Part shown: positions 11,949 to 24,880 of the stretch, piece after piece
Layout: each line of letters starts with the position of its first letter
Position numbering within the stretch: position 1 is the stretch's first letter
Assembly: GCF_009914755.1 (NCBI RefSeq)
Contig: NC_060926.1
Source: the human T2T-CHM13v2.0 reference genome, Homo sapiens
DNA length: 64,000 nucleotides
Direction: 5' to 3' (one strand)
Notes under the pieces: model-generated
The model's database searches: none
Told to the model about the DNA's origin: nothing
Seen by the model: only the letters and a program-made list of their open reading frames with translations
Program-made: the position numbers and the translations under genes

Positions 11949-13211
11949 TTAGTTTGGTGCAAAAGAAATTGTGGTTTCAGACCATGAAATTCAAATCATT
12001 ATAACTAGGCTCACACACATTTTTATTAATCAAAATAGGAGCCATTACAAGCAATACATTTTTGCCAATAGAAATAAGTTTGTTTATTCCTGTGGCATAA
12101 AAATCCATGCTTCAGAATTTGACGAACTCTTAGAAAGCATTTTCTGCATTCTGCTGGGTGTGGGAATGTTTTCCCTGCAAAACGTTGTCAAGATGGTTGA
12201 AGAAGTAGTTGGTTGGTGAGAGATCAGGTGAATATGACAAATGAGGCAAAACTTCGCAGCCCAACTCATTCAACTTTTGAAGCATTGGTTTTGCAGTGTA
12301 CAGTCACGTGTTGTTGTGAAGAAGAATTGGGCCCTTCCTGTTGATCAATGCTGGCTGCAGGCGTTGAGTTCTCGGTGCGTCTCATCGACTTGCTGGGCAC
12401 ACTTCTCAGATGTGATGATTTTGCCGGGATTCAGAAAGCTGTAGTGGTCAGACCGGCACAGACCACCGGACAGTGACCAGGAGATTTTCTTGGTGCAAGT
12501 TTGGCTTTGGGAAGTGCTTTGGAGCTTCTTGATCCAGCCACTGAGCTGATCATCACTGGTTGTCATATAAAATCCACTTTTTGTCACACATCACAATCTG
12601 ATTGAGAAATGGTTCATTGTTGCATAGAATAAGAGAAGACGATGCTTCAAAACGACGATTTTTTTTTATTTTTGCTCAGCTCCTGGGGCACCCACTTATC
12701 GAGCTTCCTCACCTTTCTAGTTTGCTTCAAATGCTGAATGACCGTAGAACGGTCGTCTTTGAGTTCTTCAGCAGCTTCTCGTGTGGTTGTAAGAGGATCA
12801 GCTTCCACGATTACTCTCAGTTGGTCGTCAACTTCCAATGGCGTCGCTACGCTCCTCATCTTCAAAGCTCTCATCTCCTCTGCAAAACTTCGTGACCCAG
12901 CACTGCACTGTACGTTTGTTAGCTGTTCCTGGGCCAAATGCATTGTTGCTGTTGCGAGTTGTCTCCTCTCCTTTACGACCCATTTTGAACTCAAATAAGA
13001 AAATCGCTCAAATTTGCTTTTTGTCTCACATCATTTCCATAGTCTAAAATAAAACAGCAAGTAGTAAGTCACTAGCAAAAAAAAAAAAAAGTGAGAAATG
13101 CGCACTAAAATGTTGTGTAACATAACCACATTTACCGAAGAATGTATTCCAGTATCAAATGGCAAATTCCAACAATGCGGAAACTGCTATTACTTTTGCA
13201 CCAATGGGTAA
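11949..13211 (-). mobile_element. Near full-length Hsmar1 mariner DNA transposon
   Basis: TA followed by TIR ttagtttggtgcaaaagaaattgtggtt at 11949; reverse TIR aactgctattacttttgcaccaa at 13182-13204; about 1.26 kb long. Confidence 0.95.
12026..13040 (-). pseudogene. Hsmar1 transposase pseudogene (stops and frameshifts)
   Basis: Minus strand starts ATG GAA ATG ATG TGA (MEMM*DKKQI*A). Fragments EADPLTTTREAAEEL...KLDKWVPQEL (mariner WVPHEL motif) and HYSFLNPGKIITSEK. Ends ...SYFD* at 12026. Confidence 0.92.
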
Positions 13212-15448
13212 TGAGATAAAATCACTTCCATTTAATGTTTATAACATCACCGGTTTATCACTATGTCATAGTACTTCACATATTCTATTCACCATACATT
13301 ACAAAAACATATATTTACACTTTTTATTTGGGAGAGCTGATTTTCATGGATCACTTATGCTTCTGTGGAACTAAGCATTCACAATCTTCCATGGAAAGGA
13401 TAAAATACATATTTTTTTGTAAACTCAGTTAATAACATTTTAGGGAAACCTAATATCTTTTTTCTTAAATGTTCTTAAGCCTCTTTTTTAACCTCCTTGG
13501 TGTTTCTAAAGTGAGTCAGAGAATGAGTTTATGAAGTTTGGGCTCAAAGAGAGCAAGGGGACCCATGACATAGTCTGTCAGCATTCTCTTTTCTTGGAGC
13601 AGCACACGTCTCAGTATCGAACTCAAAGAGGTAAAACTTGAGCACTGGAACTAAGCTATCCAACTACGTAAGGGCACCCATTTATTTTTCAGATGGAGAA
13701 ACCAAGGCTGAGGAAATTCGAGTGAGGTTATATAGCAGATCAAATGACCCCCACCCGTAAATCATGCCTGGGTGCAACACAGGCTTCTGTACGCAAACCC
13801 CAGGGACAGTGCATCGCTTTCCCCGGGAGGAAGTGCAGGCTTATGGGTCCCACAGTCCTTGGACTCCCGGACCTCGGGAGTGGGGCTAGAGCTTTGGGGT
13901 GACACTTAGATCCTCTGCACGGTGAGGACAGAAGTAGCCTCTGAGTTGGTCCTTCAGGAATCAACAGGCATTCCCCGGGTTCAGTCTGCTGTGTCAACCT
14001 GAGCTTATCCTCATTTCTGCTAAGAGATCCTATTGCCTTGCTTTCAACTGATAATTATTTTACCTGTATCTTTTTCAAGAGTGGTCAGGCACCAGGTATG
14101 AAGTAGCTAGTGTGTCACCCAATAATCCAAGGAGGGAGAGTCACTTTCCCACAGATCCTCACATAGCAGGGCGCCCGTAACTGTGTCAGCAGGCCTTGTT
14201 TTTAAAAATTTTCTTGAAAGTCGAGGTTCAAGCAGATATAGATAGAATAAAATATTCCTCGGATCCGTTGAGTTTTCTCCTAATATTGGACATTCAATAG
14301 GTTGTAGAAACATGAAGCAAATTAACACGGTTTCCACAGTCGAGATGGTAACAGTGGAATGGCAGAGCCCAGTAACCAGGGGTTACGATCTGTTATTGCA
14401 GCTGCTGGCCCTGCATCCTTCATGGCATGATATTTCCCTACAGGCATATTCTTAAAAATATGAGTGATAAAATGCTTAAGAAAATCAGAAATACATTAAA
14501 ATGCAATTAGACAGGTGTTCTCATTTTTATAGCCATTTTATATTTTGTACTGTCGCGTATTGTTGGATTTTAGCTTCAATATTAATAACAAAAGCTCTTT
14601 TGACAGTTGCTTAAAAATCCATTACATTTCATCTTAAATTTGTATGCTGAAAGCACTGAAGAAACACATAGCACAGAAGTTTCATGATTTTATTTTATAT
14701 ATTCAGAATGGCATAAAGATAGCAATAATCAATCTTCTCTAATCAGCTTGTGACGTACTATGTTTACAGTAATTAAAAAGGACATTCAGCTTTCTAATCA
14801 TTCAGAGAAATGTCACTTATGCGCCAGCTGTTTGTCACTTTGTCTTTGCCATGGTAGGGCCGTACTCATTGACTAGAAATGCCAGTTTTTACCTCCAGGC
14901 TGCTTAGAACAAAGCTTAAAAGGCTGAGTAAAAATGTGCATTTGAAAGACGGAATTTGTAATAACATCTCTCAAACACGTGTCAGTGTCATTAGCTCTGT
15001 TTCCAGTCACAGTGAGGAATGTGTTGCACATGGTTTATGATGGAAGGTGTTTATTATCTCGAGTCATAAACAACAAGTCTATGTTTTGGTCTTATCTCTG
15101 ATATTTTATAAGATGCTAAGCACCTTAACACGAAAATCGTGTCTGAAAGATTCATCCTGCAAGACTGTGCTGCTTTGTTCTGAGCTGAACTCAGGCAAAT
15201 ATGCCAAAATATATGATGTGGGGCATTAAAATAGTCCAGGCTTCTTATATAAATGAAAAAAATTCTTATATAAATGAAAAAAAAAAAAAACCTCTTGTCT
15301 TCTGATTTACATTCTGAAAGTAGTCCAACCTGTGCGTGAAACTGAACTATATTCTCATTAAAATTCTGGTCTAAAGCAATGCACGTGGATTATGGAACAG
15401 GGAAAGAAAATATCCACTGAGGCTAGGAAAAAAAAAAAAACAAAAACA

Positions 15449-15802
<354 letters not shown>

Positions 15803-16269
15803 TCAAGAGATGTCCCCGGGAACTCTGGGCCCCTTCAGCACCTCACCCAGGAATCCCGGGAAGCCCACTCCTCACCGCCTAGGTTCCCTGGACGCTCGTT
15901 CCCACAGCCACTGTTTCTCCCTCCAAGTCATTTCAGAACCCGCGGCCCCCCACGTGTTTCTGCAGTGACGTCAGTGTGCAGGGGGATGGAGCAAAGCCAG
16001 TCACCACCTTGGAGCTTTTTGCGAAACCATCGGTGCCAGTGAAGTGATGTCGGCAATTTCTGCCAGTCAGTCTGAGGGGCGGGGGATGGGGCAAGAGGAC
16101 AGGAGAGCAGGGAGGGAATTACCCTGAGCCCACCGGAGACCCCACCTGACTCTGACCTGTCCTTCGCTCTCTCTTATTTCATCTCGACAACAGTTTTGAC
16201 AGGTAGATGTGGGACATTGCAATTGATGACATTGCAGCTCTTCAGCAAATGGATGTGGGCTCCCGTTCA

Positions 16270-16590
16270 GATGCCATCACGTCACCCAAGCTGTGGAACT
16301 TCTCGAAGCTTTTGTTCACTCCTCTGTAAAATGAGGGTGTTTAGGAAAACCTTACTCATTAGCCGTTGATGAGGGTTAAATGGAATAATGCTCATGAGCT
16401 TCTTAGCAGAGTTTCCGACATAATACATGCTACTCATATTATTTTTAATGTTAATATCGTTTCAATGTTTGCCTCATTTTCCACAAGAGGGAAGTCCGGC
16501 TCACAAAAGCTAAATATCTTACTTACATGCAGCAGATTAGAAAGTGACACAGCAGGGATTTATATTCAAGTTTCTCTAATGCCAAAATTA
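16270..16590. mobile_element. MIR fragments (plus orientation about 16270-16445, minus about 16470-16590)
   Basis: ctctgtaaaatgagg...gatgagggttaaatggaataatgc MIR core, followed by an oppositely oriented fragment. Confidence 0.5.
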
Positions 16591-17019
16591 ATTCATAAAA
16601 TCAAATCTATCTTGCCTCACAATAGCCGCACGTTGAGAGTTACATTCACGTTTAAGGTCCGGAAAGGAAGCTTCTTATCAGCTCTGTTGAGCCTCTAGTA
16701 ACTGGATTTTACTACGATAATTTCTGCAGCAAGCAGGTGAACCGTGACGAGGGTGTGCAGTGCCTGCTGCTGGTGGAGTCTGTAGTGACTGTATTTACTG
16801 TGGTATTTTATACTGCAGCAAGCATGTGATCCCTGATGAGGGTGTGCAGTGCCTGCTGCTGGTGAACTGGCTTGCGTCCTGCCTCTATGTGCATTTAACA
16901 AATGACATTTTGTGTCACTGGGGGGTGGCCACATTCAATGCGTTGGCAATACTGGGGGGTGGCCACACTCGACGCAGGCAGTGGGACTGGTGCAGAGGAC
17001 ACAGAAGCCTCGGGTAGTT

Positions 17020-18267
17020 TTAAGTGTTTAAGTGAAAGGAAGAGTGGCCATTGTCTCACTTCTACCTTAAAAACTAGAGAAGATCTGGGTATATACCCAA
17101 ATGACTATAAATCATGCTGCTATAAAGACACATGCACACGTATGTTTATTGCGGCATTACTCACAATAGCAAAGACTTGGAACCAACCCAAATGTCCAAC
17201 AATGATAGACTGGATTAAGAAAATGTGGCACATATACACCATGGAATACTATGCAGCCATAAAAAATGATGAGTTCATGTCCTTTGTAGGGACATGGATG
17301 AAATTGGAAACCATCATTCTCAGTAAACTATCGCAAGAACAAAAAACCAAACACCGCATATTCTCGCTCATAGGTGGGAATTGAACAATGAGATCACATG
17401 GACACAGGAAGGGGAATATCACACTCTGGGGACTGTGGTGGGGTGGGGGGAGGGGGGAGGGATAGCACTGGGAGATATACCTAATGCTAGATGACGAGTT
17501 AGTGGGTGCAGCGCACCAGCACGGCACATGTATACATATGTAACCTGCACAATGTGCACATGTACCCTAAAACTTAAAGTATAATAAAAAAAAAAAAAAC
17601 TAGAGAAGATCAAGCTTAGTGAGGGTGTCGTGTTGAATGCTTAGATAGGCAGAGAGCTAGGCCTCTTGCAACAAACAAGTAGTCAGGTGGTAAAACAAAG
17701 GACAATTCTTGACAGAAATTAAGAAGCGCTGCTCCAGTGAACACACAAATGATAAGAAAGTGAAAATAGTATTATTTGCTGATATGGAGGAAATTTGAAT
17801 GGCCAGGATAGATCAAACCAGCCACAGCATTCTCTTAGCCAGAGCCTAATCCATAGCAAGGCCCTAACTCTTCAATTCTGTGAAGGTCTAGAGAGGGGAG
17901 GAAGCTTCAGAAGGAAAGTTGGAAGCTAGCGGAGGTGGGTTTATGAGGTTCAAGGAAAGAAGCCATCTTGACAACATAAAAGTGCAAGGTGAAGCCACAA
18001 GTGCTGATGGAGAAGCTGCAGCAAGTTATTCTGAAGATCCAGCTAAGATCATTGATGAGGGTGGCTACACTCAACAATAGATTTTCCACGTAGATGAAAC
18101 AGCCTTCTATTGGAAGAAGACGCCATCCAGGACTTTCATAGCTGGAGAGGAGAAGTCAGTTCCTGGCTTTGAATTTTCAAAGGACAAGCTGACTCTCTGA
18201 CTCTCTTATTCTGGGCTAATGGAGTTTGTGACTTTAAGTTAAAGCCAGTGATTTTCTTTTTCTTTTC

Positions 18268-18298
<31 letters not shown>

Positions 18299-19567
18299 CA
18301 TTCTGAAAATCCTAGGGCCCTTAAGCATAATGCTAAACCTACTCTGCCTGTGCTTTATAAATAAAACCACAAAGACTGGATGACAGCACATCTGTTGACA
18401 GTGTGGTTGACTGAATATTTTTAGCACACTGTTGTGATCCACTGAGACAAAAAGAAAAAAAAGATATCTTTCAAAATATTACTACTCATTGACAATATAC
18501 ATGGTCACCCAAGAGCTCTGATGGAGACATACAGGGAGATTGAGGCTGATTTCATGCCTGTTAATATAACATCCACTCTGCAAGTCAGGAATCAAGGTGT
18601 AGTGTTGACTTCAAGTTTTATTATTTAAGAAATACATCTCATAAAGTTATAGCCGCCATGGAGAGTGATTCCTCTGATGGATCTGGGCAAAGTAAATTGA
18701 AGGATTCACCATTCTAGATGCCACTAAGTACACTAAGTACATTTCATGATTCATGGGAGGAGGTCAGAATATCATTAACAGGACTTCGGAAGATGGTGAT
18801 TCCAGCCCTCATGGGTGACTATGAGGGATTTAAGACTTCAGTGGAGCAGGTACCTGCAGATGTGGTAGAAATAGCAAGAAAACTAGAATTAGATGCAGAG
18901 CCTGCAGATGTGACTGAATTGCTGCAATCTCATTATAAAACATTAATAGATTAGGAATTGCTTCCCGTGGATGAGCAAAGAAAGTAGTTTCTTGAGATGG
19001 AATCCACTCCTAGTGAAGATGCTGTGAACATTGCTGAAATGACAACAGAGGATCTAGAATATTCCGTGAGCTTAGTTGATGACACAGTGGCAGGGTTTAA
19101 GAGGTTTGACCTCAATTTTGAAAGAAGTTGTACTGTGTGTAAAATTCTACCAAACAGCATCAAATGCTACAGAGAAATCTTTCATGAAAGGAAGAGTTAA
19201 TCTATGTGGCACACTTCAATGTTGTCTTATTTTAAGAAATTACCACAGCCATTTCAACCTTCAGCAGCCACCATCTTGATCCGTCAGCCTACAACAACGA
19301 GGCAAGGTTCTCCACCAGCAAAATGATTACAACCCAGCCAAGGCTCAGATGATTGTTAACATTTTTAGCAATAAAGTATTTTTTTAATTAAGGTATATAC
19401 ATTGTTTTATACGTAATGCTATTCCACACTTAATAGACTACAGTATACTGTAAACATAACTTTTATATGCACTGGGAAACCAAAAAACTGTGTGACTTGC
19501 ATTATCGCAATATCCACTTGATTAGGGTGGTCTAGAACCAAACCTGTGATATCTTTGAGGTTGCTTG
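17020..19567 (+). mobile_element. Tigger1 DNA transposon, 5' end missing, interrupted by an L1 insertion
   Basis: taagtgtttaagtgaaaggaagag start of the transposase region; peptide [22 protein letters not shown]...[11 protein letters not shown] (18997-19200); 3' end atatctttgaggttgcttg. Confidence 0.92.
17086..17594 (+). mobile_element. Young 5'-truncated L1 (L1PA2/L1Hs-like, non-Ta): ORF2 C-terminus, 3'UTR and poly(A)
   Basis: Uninterrupted ORF2 tail LGIYPNDYKSCCYKDTCTRMFIAAL...HRIFSLIGGN*; G-rich 3'UTR; perfect 17-bp TSD AAAAACTAGAGAAGATC at 17069-17085 and 17595-17611; TT/AAAA endonuclease site. Confidence 0.97.
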
Positions 19568-22500
19568 TTCTTCTTTCATACACACTACATAGGAAAGTAG
19601 TCATTTAAGTAGATGTAATAACATTATATCCAATGTTCCCTATTATTGAACATTAAAACCTTTTTTCCCTTAAATGTTTTTGGCTGTTGAAATTATAAGT
19701 TTATGTAATTGCTTTTGTGGTTAGGGTGAAGTTGCATGATGAAAACTTTGCATTCTTTTCATTAACAAATAGTTAAATGGTTATATGTTAAAAGCGTGTC
19801 TCAGTATTTAATATGCCTATTTTGTAGAAAGAGGGAATTTTAAAAAGATACTTTTCCTGAGAAAATTTTTAATGGTGTCTATAAAACCTATTTTTCTTTA
19901 GCTCGTATGTGGCTGTTGAACCTTAATTTTGACAAGATAAAGATGTTGGATGGACTCTCAATATTGATATGTGGGTTCAAAAGGAAACCGCCCAGATAGG
20001 TTCCCAGACTCAGTAAGTGGCTGGTGTTTGAGCATAGCCAGGTGGAAAGGACCAGGGTGAAGACACGGGGAGGACTCTGGTCTCCAGCCTTGCTGCCTCC
20101 CGGCAGCTGCAATGTAGCCCCTCTGTGCATGTGTGACCCTCGTCTGCCCGGGGGAATGCTCAGACATGCCCTGCTCAGGGGTAGGAACACTGCCAAGTAG
20201 CCCTTTTCAGACTGTAAATCACTGTGACCTCCTTGGCTGAGATGATGCGTTTCTCCCCTGACATTCTTTTTGATCTAAATCTACTAAGGTAAGCCTGCTA
20301 AAGGGAGCACACTCCTGGGAAACTGGAAGGAAGGAAGTGATGTGGTTCAGTGTGCAGTTTTCAGGAATATTTATAAAATCTTAATTAAAACAGGTAGAAT
20401 AAACAGTGGTCTTTACATTGAGGGAGAATTTTCCTAAGTTTTGAGAAATTTGATAAAGGTATTGTTAAGTAATCAGCATTTCAATTCTATAAAAATGAAA
20501 AGATAAGACTATTTTGTAATTCGTTGCATTTTACCTGATGAATTTAATTCATTCACCCCTAAGATTCAAAGCTTACTCTGTATCTGACATTAAACACACC
20601 TCCTACAATTTATACACCTTATAACTTTCTCTGGAAATGTTTGCCTAGGAGTAAACAAAGTATTAAATTATAAAGCAACTCAAGGGAAATTATCAAATGT
20701 TGAATTAGCAGAACCTAAAAAAATGTAATGACTATAATAGGCTCAAGTTATTTTTTAAACAAGTCTATGTTAAGTAATACTATCCTAAGAGAAACAGTAG
20801 TTTTTAGGAATGTATCCATTTGATTCACATGGCACTGTGAAGTTTTTGAATCAGTTTTACGTGTGTAATCTAATTTAATTATTATTTCACTGCGATGTTG
20901 GTCCAAGAATCAGATTTTATCATTTTAAGTAAAAAATCCATAAAATAATCATGGAATCATATATGACTATACAGAATGGACCATAGAGATCCAATATTCT
21001 CCTCATTACAGGTGCCAAGAATAATGCACATAAAAGAGTAATAACTTAGCCAAAGTCACATAACTAAGAAAAATGGATCAGATGAGGGTTGGAGTATAAT
21101 TAAACAGACACATGTGTGCATGTTTTTAAGTGGAGAAGTGCTCACTGAGTCCCCAGCCTGTCCTAGGCACTGTTGGCCTCTTGGGATGCAAAGTGAGTGG
21201 GGACGACCTGAGTGGCAGCTCCTACGTCCTTTGCAGCTACCACACATTGCAGGGCTGAGCTGTGGCCACCAGCAAGTCTCAGCCAAAGACCCTGCTTTTA
21301 TGGGGACTTCATTTTATGTCTCTAAACTTCAAACTCTTAACTTTGATGGGCAGAATATTATCCATTTTTCCAATGGAAAGTGTTTGTCATTGTTCATTGG
21401 AAGAAAATGTGGAAAGTGTTTGTCATTGTTCACTGGAAGAAAATGCATGCTCAGGTTTCTGCTTTCATTTAACCTTCCAAGGGCAGCTGTCATTGTTTCT
21501 ATGTAGATCTTAGTGGGACACTAACTGAGTGGCGTTCGTTTTTCTTCTTATCCGAATTGTTTTGGTTTATATCTAAAACTAGGAGTGTGGATTTTCCTCA
21601 CTCAAATGACATTTGCTGATAGATTACTTGTTGATGTCTTCATTCTTTCTGTTTGTTGGATATGCTGCTGGATTAAGAGAGTTTATTTTTCTTTCTTGTG
21701 CCAAAAAATGGTTTCATTTGTACTAACATGAAAATATCCATAAAGATAACCTGCCAGAAAAATGACTGAATTGTATTGGACCACTGCTGTTCTGTGACAG
21801 GTTCTCTGTTAGGAACTTTCACAAATACCATCTCATTTACCCATTTGCGTGCCTGAATAAAGTTGCAATTATCTCCTTTTACAGATCAGGAAGCAGAGGC
21901 ACAGAGCGGTGAGGCAGATTGCACGCCTGTGTGTAGGCAGCACGTGGCAGACGTCGTCGGACGTGTCTGTGGCTCGCTCCACCTCCTCCAGGGGCTTATG
22001 TTCTACATATGACTAAAGTCATTGGTCACGCAAAAATCTTCAATGCCAGTTATACCACCAGTATACAGATGTATTTCCATACAACCTTCAATCTTTGGTA
22101 GACCCAGTTGACCAAGTCAGAAGGCACAGTATTAGAAGTTTAGAATTCTTGATAACCAAGCACTTCTTACAGCTCCCTTAGCTGTTAACTTCTAGAAACT
22201 GGGCTAAATTGGAAGTCTGTTCCTTCCTTCCACCCGTATGGCCCAGTAATTTGCGTGGTTAGTTTCTCCTCCCCGTGCCTCTTCCTGGCTCTTTACGCTT
22301 CTTCCAGCACCTGATATGCATTCACTGATTCTCTCAATGCCAGCGATTCAGGGAAGGAAATATACTGACTTCTGGATAAACAAGGGGCAATGCTTTATAA
22401 CAACTTGCATACATTTTTATCACACTTTGAATCTATAGAATAGCAATAATTATTTGGTGAGTGTTATGCTGTGTGATACTTTATGTCAAGTATATTCTGT

Positions 22501-24169
22501 TTTAGAATAGCCTTCTCTGTTTGAATCTGCTAGAAGGCATCAGTGTGCTATGCTTCCAACAAAGACATACGAGAATGATCTCAGCAGAGATGCACTCAGC
22601 TGCATAAATAAATTAAAAAGCAGTAAAATAGGTAAATTTAGTATTTATGATTATTCTAAATTATTAAGAAACTCACCTTAAATTTTATGAAGGTAAATCA
22701 ACTTTAGTAACAAAAATCAGGACTTAATAAAAAAATTGACCTTCATAGATTTAAATAATCAATAATAAATAATGCATTTTCATAATTTTAAAATTATAAA
22801 CATTTGCATAAATTATTAATGTTTTGAAACCCTATTCTGAGTCTTCTCCATGCTATGTTTACATGTATATATGTACATGCTATATTTACATGTATGTACG
22901 TACGTAATTCTTAATATATTAGTTTTTATCATACTCTTCTGCTTTTCACACATGCTTGTTATTTTTGGACTCCTTATCAACAGATGCTGAACTAAATATT
23001 TTTAGCAGCTTCTCAGTATCACCTATAAATCATAATGCACTTTAAAATGAAAGGTGTGAAATGAACACCTTGCCCGCCACTCTCAGTGCCAAGTCTGATT
23101 GTATGTTTAGGATGAATTCTTAGAAGTAAAAATGCCACATTAAAACCGAGGCCTAGTCAACGTTCACATCTGTTTCTGAGTGTTTTCTGGGAACATTCTG
23201 TGCGTTCACACACACCTGCCAACACCATATGGACGTCCATGTCCGCACGTCTTTGCTGGTGTGCGGTGTTGCTATTCCTTTTAAACATTTACCTGCATGG
23301 TAGTTTAAAATTCTTAATGTTGTAGTGACTGTGGTTTTTTCATGGCTAGTGAGGTTGCATGTATTTTCACATTTATAATTCATTTTCTTTTCTTTCTCCT
23401 TTTGGGAATGACTTTTATATTCCCTGCTCAATTTTCACAGGGTGCTCGTGTTTCCTCATGTGAGGCTCCATGAACCCCGGGTCTGCGGCACGCATTTAGT
23501 TTCGAATATGGTATTTTTGTTACAGAAAGGTTTTTTATTTCTATGTAATGAATCCTTCACTCAAGAACTTCTGGCTTTTGAGTCACACTAACCCAATATG
23601 CTTACACACATCCCCGCACACAAACACACACACACTGATATTTCCTCACAGGTTTTTATTTTGTTTTTCTACATCCCTGTGACTGTTGATCTCTCTGGAA
23701 CGAACTTTGTGAAATGAGGCATATGAGACCCATGTTTACAGTTATCAAAGCATTACTACATTGAGCAGTAGTCTGAAGATCTTTCTCTGTAGGAATGTTT
23801 TTTGTTTTTTTTTCTCCAGGGATGTCATACACCCTACAGGTACCCGAGACCTCCTGGTGCTGACGCGGGTTCACGGCCCTCACTGTTTTGCGGCTGCTGT
23901 GGCATCGTGGTGGATTTTATGTTTTCATGTCTCTCTGTAGCAGGTCCTCTTCTCTGCAGCTGTCTTATTTCATTAAACACATTGTTAGAATTGTAAGGCT
24001 ACACTTCAAAGTTGTCTGTACTGGATTTTTATTGGAACTGCATGGATAAAGTTACAAGGGTGGAAGTAGGCTTCCTGTGGCATTCCGTTTGAGAACTGTC
24101 TTGTGCCCCTCGGATATGCCAGGCTGGGCTGTAGAAGCTGGTCCCCCTGAAGTGGAGAAGGTAGAGAGG

Positions 24170-24880
24170 ACCCTTCCATCATGGAACTCATGCTCTGTTG
24201 TCAAGCGGCACATGGGTTCTGAGAAGTTCTAGGGAGAAAGATAAAGCTGGGAAGAGGTATGAAGAGCAGTGGGGATGGCGGAGTTCCGATTTTAACTGGT
24301 CAGTTAGGGAAGCTGCCGAGGAGGGGACTCTCAGCCCAGACCCCAGGACATGAGGATGCCAGGAGAGGAGTGGGTGGGGCAGGTGGACAGACCCCAGGCA
24401 GGTATGGCAGGATTGCAGGACAGCTGGGCAGGGCAGGTGGATGGGCCCCAGGCAGGCACGGCGGCGCTGCAGGACAGCTGGACAGGGGACAGGGAGAGAC
24501 TGCAGGTGCCGGCCTCACAGGGCATCACCGGACACTGGCTTTTCCTTTGAGAAATGGCAGACTTTGGGGAGATTTTGTTCAGAGAATGATGTTACCTGAA
24601 CCGTATTTTAACAGGGCCGCCCAGCTGTGACCTTAAGAATACACTGAACTGGGACAAGGCTGGAAACAGGGAGGTCTTTTATGAGGCCAGTAAAGCAGCT
24701 TTGAAGGCAACTGAACCCCGTGACCCCAGGCAGAGGGAGAGACATTTCAGGGGATTTGCTGGTGAGTTGGACACCGAGGGTCAGGAGGGAGGAAGGTCAC
24801 AGGAACTGAGGAGTTTCAACCAAGACAGCAGGGTGATGCCGTTGCCACCCACTGGGGTTGGGGGAATCGTTGGATGAGAA
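24170..24880 (-). mobile_element. Probable L2 fragment
   Basis: Purine-rich degenerate L2-like sequence (ggaactcatgctctgttg, ggacactggcttttcctttgagaaatgg). Boundaries approximate. Confidence 0.4.

Noticed and set aside
12026-13040. Active mariner transposase or a SETMAR copy
   Set aside because: Stop at codon 5, further stops and frameshifts, and no SET domain.
16902-17384. 160-aa ORF as a chimeric gene
   Set aside because: Chance read-in from flanking and Tigger1 sequence into the last ~99 codons of L1 ORF2; no promoter or splice support.
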